A program made the position numbers and the translations under genes. From Candidatus Latescibacterota bacterium (GTDB lineage: Bacteria; Latescibacterota; UBA2968; UBA8231), in assembly GCA_964291625.2 (NCBI GenBank), contig OZ220089.1:1312001-1376000 (forward strand): a stretch of DNA of 64,000 nucleotides, given 5' to 3'. Positions 60,521-64,000 of this stretch are shown here, in pieces. The notes beneath the pieces were generated by a model. That model did not search any database. It was not told where the DNA came from and worked only from the letters and a program-made list of their open reading frames with translations. Every line of letters begins with the position of its first letter. Within the stretch, counting starts at the first letter, position 1.

Positions 60521-60913
60521 CTACCTGCCGGCGGCCGTCTCAACGCATTCCTTCACCAGCAGCAGGCTTTCGTTCGATCCGTCCAGCAGCCGCTGCATCG
60601 GCGTTTCTCCCTCCAACGCCGGGTGCGGCTCCCAGAGCCACTTGTTCTCGCTCTCCTCGCTTGGGAACAACGCGGACAGAGTCTTTCGAATGCGGAAGAG
60701 ATGAACGACCCGGTCCTCGATGTCGCGTCCCCTGAGAGCAGCACGACCATTCAGCAGATCGCGCAGATAGGGCATATCCGCCGGTTTGAGTCCAAGCAAG
60801 GGTGCGGCGTCGTCAGGGTTCAGCTGCCAAGTCCGCAAGAGTTCGTCGACGAATTGGACGGGGCCGGCCAACCGGCCTTGAGCTTCCATCCTCAATTTCG
60901 TGGCGCTGCCCAC
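60521..60913 (-). CDS. Xre/MbcA/ParS-like antitoxin (orphan)
   Basis: WQL..AAPLLG; DIEDRVVHLFRIRKTLSALF..ENKWLWEPHPALEGETPM. Confidence 0.65.
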   Translation of the reverse strand: MGSATKLRMEAQGRLAGPVQFVDELLRTWQLNPDDAAPLLGLKPADMPYLRDLLNGRAALRGRDIEDRVVHLFRIRKTLSALFPSEESENKWLWEPHPALEGETPMQRLLDGSNESLLLVKECVETAAGR

Positions 60914-61947
60914 TATGACGAACCCCCCTCCCCCAGCGCCCCCACGATCCGCCCCGCCGAGATCGACCCCACCGTCTCGCCGCTGTCATCCACCACCACC
61001 GCCTCGGTCGGCGCCGGCGGCGTCAGCAGGGGCAGGGCGTCGCCCAGGGACATCTCCGTCGAGATGCGGGGCGGCCCCTGCAGGCTCTCCTTCACCGGCC
61101 CCATCAGCGAACCCACGCGCAGGACGCGGCCGCGGTTGATGTTGCGGGTGAAGTCGGCGATGTAGTCGTCCACCGGCTCCAGGACGATCTGCTGGGGGTC
61201 GCCGTTCTGGACGATCGCGCCGTCGCGCAGGATGGCGATGCGGTCGCCGATCTCGATCGCCTCCTCCAGGTCGTGGGTGACGAAGACGATCGTCTTGTGC
61301 AGCTCCTGCTGCAGCTCCAGCAGCAGGGCCTGCATGTCGGTGCGGATCAGGGGGTCGAGGGCGCTGAAGGGCTCGTCCATGAGCAGGATCCCGGCGTCGG
61401 TGGCCAGGGCCCGCGCCAGTCCGACGCGCTGCTGCATGCCCCCCGAGAGGCGCCCCGGGTAGGAGTCCTCGTAGCCCTGCAGGCCGACGCGCTCGATCCA
61501 GCGGCCGGCGCGGTCCGTCCACTCGGCGCGCGGGACCTGCTGCATCCTCAGGCCGTAGGCGACGTTCTCCAGCACCGTCTTGTGGGGGAAGAGGGCGAAG
61601 CGCTGAAAGACCATGCTCACCTCGTGCCGGCGGAAGTGCTGCAGCTCCTGCCGGTCGAGGGCGAGCACGTCCCGGCCGCCGACGAGGACCTCGCCCTCGG
61701 TCGGCTCGATCAGGCGGTTGACGTGGCGGATCAGGGTCGACTTGCCGGAGCCGCTGAGGCCCATGACGACCTGGATCGTCTGCGCCTCGATGGTCAGGTC
61801 GATCCGGCGCAGGCCGAGGATGTGGTCGTGGTCGGCGAGGAGGTCGTCCTTGCCGACGCCCTGGCGCACCAGGGCCATGGCCGAGTCCGGATCGCGGCCG
61901 AAGATCTTGTAGAGGCCGCGGATCTCGATGCCGGCCGGGGCGCTCAC
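60913..61947 (-). CDS. proV: Glycine betaine/proline ABC transporter ATPase
   Basis: GLYKIFG, MGLSGSGKST, LSGGMQQRVGLARAL, DEPFSALDPLIR. Confidence 0.92.
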   Translation of the reverse strand: MSAPAGIEIRGLYKIFGRDPDSAMALVRQGVGKDDLLADHDHILGLRRIDLTIEAQTIQVVMGLSGSGKSTLIRHVNRLIEPTEGEVLVGGRDVLALDRQELQHFRRHEVSMVFQRFALFPHKTVLENVAYGLRMQQVPRAEWTDRAGRWIERVGLQGYEDSYPGRLSGGMQQRVGLARALATDAGILLMDEPFSALDPLIRTDMQALLLELQQELHKTIVFVTHDLEEAIEIGDRIAILRDGAIVQNGDPQQIVLEPVDDYIADFTRNINRGRVLRVGSLMGPVKESLQGPPRISTEMSLGDALPLLTPPAPTEAVVVDDSGETVGSISAGRIVGALGEGGSS

Positions 61948-62819
61948 CGGTTGGCCTGCAGGCGCCGGCCGCAACTCTGGGTGATGCGGTCGAAGACGAT
62001 GGCCAGGGCGACCACGGCGGCGCCGTTGAAGAGCCCGAGGGCGAAGTACTGGTTGGTCACCGCCCGCAGCACCGGCTGGCCGAGTCCCTTGACGCCGATC
62101 ATGGAGGAGATGACGACCATGGAGAGGGCCATCATGATGGTCTGGTTGACGCCGGCCATGATGTTGGGCAGGGCCAGGGGCAGCTGCACGCCCAGGAGCC
62201 GTCGCCGGGAGTCGGCGCCGAAGGCGTCGGCCGCCTCCAGGACCTCCTTGTCCACGAGGCGGATGCCGAGGTTGGTGAGACGGATCACCGGCGGCACGGC
62301 GTAGACGACCACGGCGATGACGCCGGGGATCTTGCCAAGGCCGAAGAGCATGACCACGGGGATCAGGTAGACGAAGATCGGCATGGTCTGCATGATGTCG
62401 AGGACGGGGGTGACGACGGCCTGCACCCGGTCGGAGCGGGACATGGCGATGCCGGCGGGGATGCCGGCGGCCACGGCCATCAGCGTGGAGACGAGGATGA
62501 TGGCGAGGGTGCGCATCGTGTCCTCCCACATGCCGAGCCAGCCGATGGCGAAGAAGGTGACCACCACGCCGGCGGTGAGGAGCCGGCTCCGGCTCGCCAG
62601 GAAGCAGAGCCCGGCGATGACGGCGATCATCAGCCACCAGGGGGTCGCCAGGAGGAGCTGCTCGAAGCGGATGAGCAGGTAGAGGAGGGGGTCGAAGAAC
62701 GCCTCGATCGCCTCGCCGTACTCCCGGGAGAACCCCCGGTACGCGGCGTCGAAGGACTTCTTGAGGGCCCGCAGCTGGCCCACTTCGAGGGTCGGGAATT
62801 CCCGCAGCCAGTCCGCCAT
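61944..62819 (-). CDS. proW: Glycine betaine/proline ABC transporter permease
   Basis: LDIMQTMPIFVYLIP, IRLTNLGIR, GVNQTIMMALSMVV. Confidence 0.92.
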   Translation of the reverse strand: MADWLREFPTLEVGQLRALKKSFDAAYRGFSREYGEAIEAFFDPLLYLLIRFEQLLLATPWWLMIAVIAGLCFLASRSRLLTAGVVVTFFAIGWLGMWEDTMRTLAIILVSTLMAVAAGIPAGIAMSRSDRVQAVVTPVLDIMQTMPIFVYLIPVVMLFGLGKIPGVIAVVVYAVPPVIRLTNLGIRLVDKEVLEAADAFGADSRRRLLGVQLPLALPNIMAGVNQTIMMALSMVVISSMIGVKGLGQPVLRAVTNQYFALGLFNGAAVVALAIVFDRITQSCGRRLQANR

Positions 62820-62916
62820 CGGCGCTTCTCCGTCCTGCCGGCGGTCCGCCGGCCCTGTTCGGTGGATTCCGCGGCCGGACCAGCCGCCGGGGGGAGAGGC
62901 GGGCCTCCCGGGCGGG

Positions 62917-63945
62917 CTACAAGCCGGCCTTCACCTTCTCCGCCACCTCGTCCGGCACCCAGGCCCGCCAGACCTCCTCCCGGCTGCCGAGGAAGTACTC
63001 GGCCGTCTCGCGGGCCGTGGCCTGGCGCTCGTCCTGCCAGCCCAGGAAGCCGTTGACCACCTCGTTCGACCACGAGAGGCGGGAGAGGAAGTCGAAGGCC
63101 CCGGGCGACTCCTCGGCGAAGCGCGAGGTGACCACGGTGAGGACGACACTCGGCTGCCAGCCGTTGGGCCGCGGGTCGGCGCAGTCCTTGTCGGCGATGC
63201 AGTCCCAGGTCTCGGGATCGTGCTCCATGCCGCCGAGCCGCACCAGCGGGTAGCGGCCGAGGATCGCCGTGGGCGCCCAGTAGTAGGCGAAGATCGGCCG
63301 CCGGCGCTCGTACTGCCGGGCGATGGCCGCCTTCAGCCCCTCGGAGGAGCCGGGGTTGAAGAGGGAGAAGCCCGCCTCCTCCATGCCGTAGGCCTTGAAG
63401 AGGTTGACGTTCAGGTGCTCGCAGGCCCAGCCCGGCGGGCAGCCGTAGAACCGACCCTTGCCCGGCTCCTCCTTGTCCGGAAAGAGGTCCGGCCGCTCGC
63501 GCACCGCCTGCAGGGTGGTCAGCTCCGGGTTCTCCTCGACCATGTAGTCGGGGATCCACCAGCCCTCGAGGCCGCCGTCGGAGAGGATCTGGCCGGCGAT
63601 CTTCAGCCGCCCCTCGGCGACGGCCTTGTCCACGGCCTCGCGGGCGGCGTTGATCCAGACCTCGGGGGCGATGTCGGGCTCGCCCTTCTCGGTCATGGAG
63701 GTCACCGTGGGCACCGTGTCGCCGGGCACCAGGTCGGGGGTGCAGCCGTAGCCCTCCGACAGGATGATCGCCGTCACGTGGGCGGCCACCGCCGCCGAGG
63801 CCCAGTTCATCTCGGCGATGGTCACCTCGCCGCAGGCCGGCTCGTCCGTCTCGGCGGGATCGGCGGCGGCCAGGGGCCCGGTCCAGGCGCCGCAGAGCAG
63901 GGCAGCGACGGCCGTGGTTACCCCGGGCAGGGAGCAACTCCGCAA
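62917..63945 (-). CDS. proX: Glycine betaine ABC transporter substrate-binding protein
   Basis: CGEVTIAEMNWAS, PDIAPEVW, YGCPPGWAC, YYWAPT. Confidence 0.9.
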   Translation of the reverse strand: MRSCSLPGVTTAVAALLCGAWTGPLAAADPAETDEPACGEVTIAEMNWASAAVAAHVTAIILSEGYGCTPDLVPGDTVPTVTSMTEKGEPDIAPEVWINAAREAVDKAVAEGRLKIAGQILSDGGLEGWWIPDYMVEENPELTTLQAVRERPDLFPDKEEPGKGRFYGCPPGWACEHLNVNLFKAYGMEEAGFSLFNPGSSEGLKAAIARQYERRRPIFAYYWAPTAILGRYPLVRLGGMEHDPETWDCIADKDCADPRPNGWQPSVVLTVVTSRFAEESPGAFDFLSRLSWSNEVVNGFLGWQDERQATARETAEYFLGSREEVWRAWVPDEVAEKVKAGL

Positions 63946-64000
63946 CAGTGAGGGCCGCAGCGGGTTCAGCGGCCCGGTCCGGGAGCCGCGCCCCGGCGCA

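Overview
Very GC-rich bacterial chromosomal window with about 45 real CDSs; most long ORFs in the supplied track are GC shadow frames. A PorV-type barrel, T9SS/FlgD-like C-terminal sorting domains, a DUF6785-like membrane protein, PhyH, a sulfatase and a WD40/Ig protein suggest a non-Bacteroidota FCB-group organism (Latescibacterota-like, possibly host- or sponge-associated); this is inference only. The backbone genes include MFS, PreP, anmK, ptrB, glnD, lon, hflX and proVWX. Best candidate for an undescribed system: a cassette at 39574-50787 made of a TonB-dependent receptor, a large cargo protein with an atypical sorting domain and its own PorV paralog, next to a DUF6785-like transporter and a heparinase II/III-like enzyme. 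It looks like a PUL analogue lacking SusD. Other notable items: a 1761-aa M9 collagenase-14xWD40-3xIg-CTD mosaic; a GSDH-diheme cytochrome c-CTD fusion; an ~86-bp palindromic tandem array built on that gene's 3' end; three islets of decayed defence/TA fragments (SIR2, PIN, ImmA, VapBC, GNAT, MBL, Xre); a putative leader-peptide attenuator; and four single-G frameshifts that may be sequencing artefacts. No rRNA, tRNA, CRISPR or intact transposase was recognised. All family assignments come from motif recognition by eye, not database searches.
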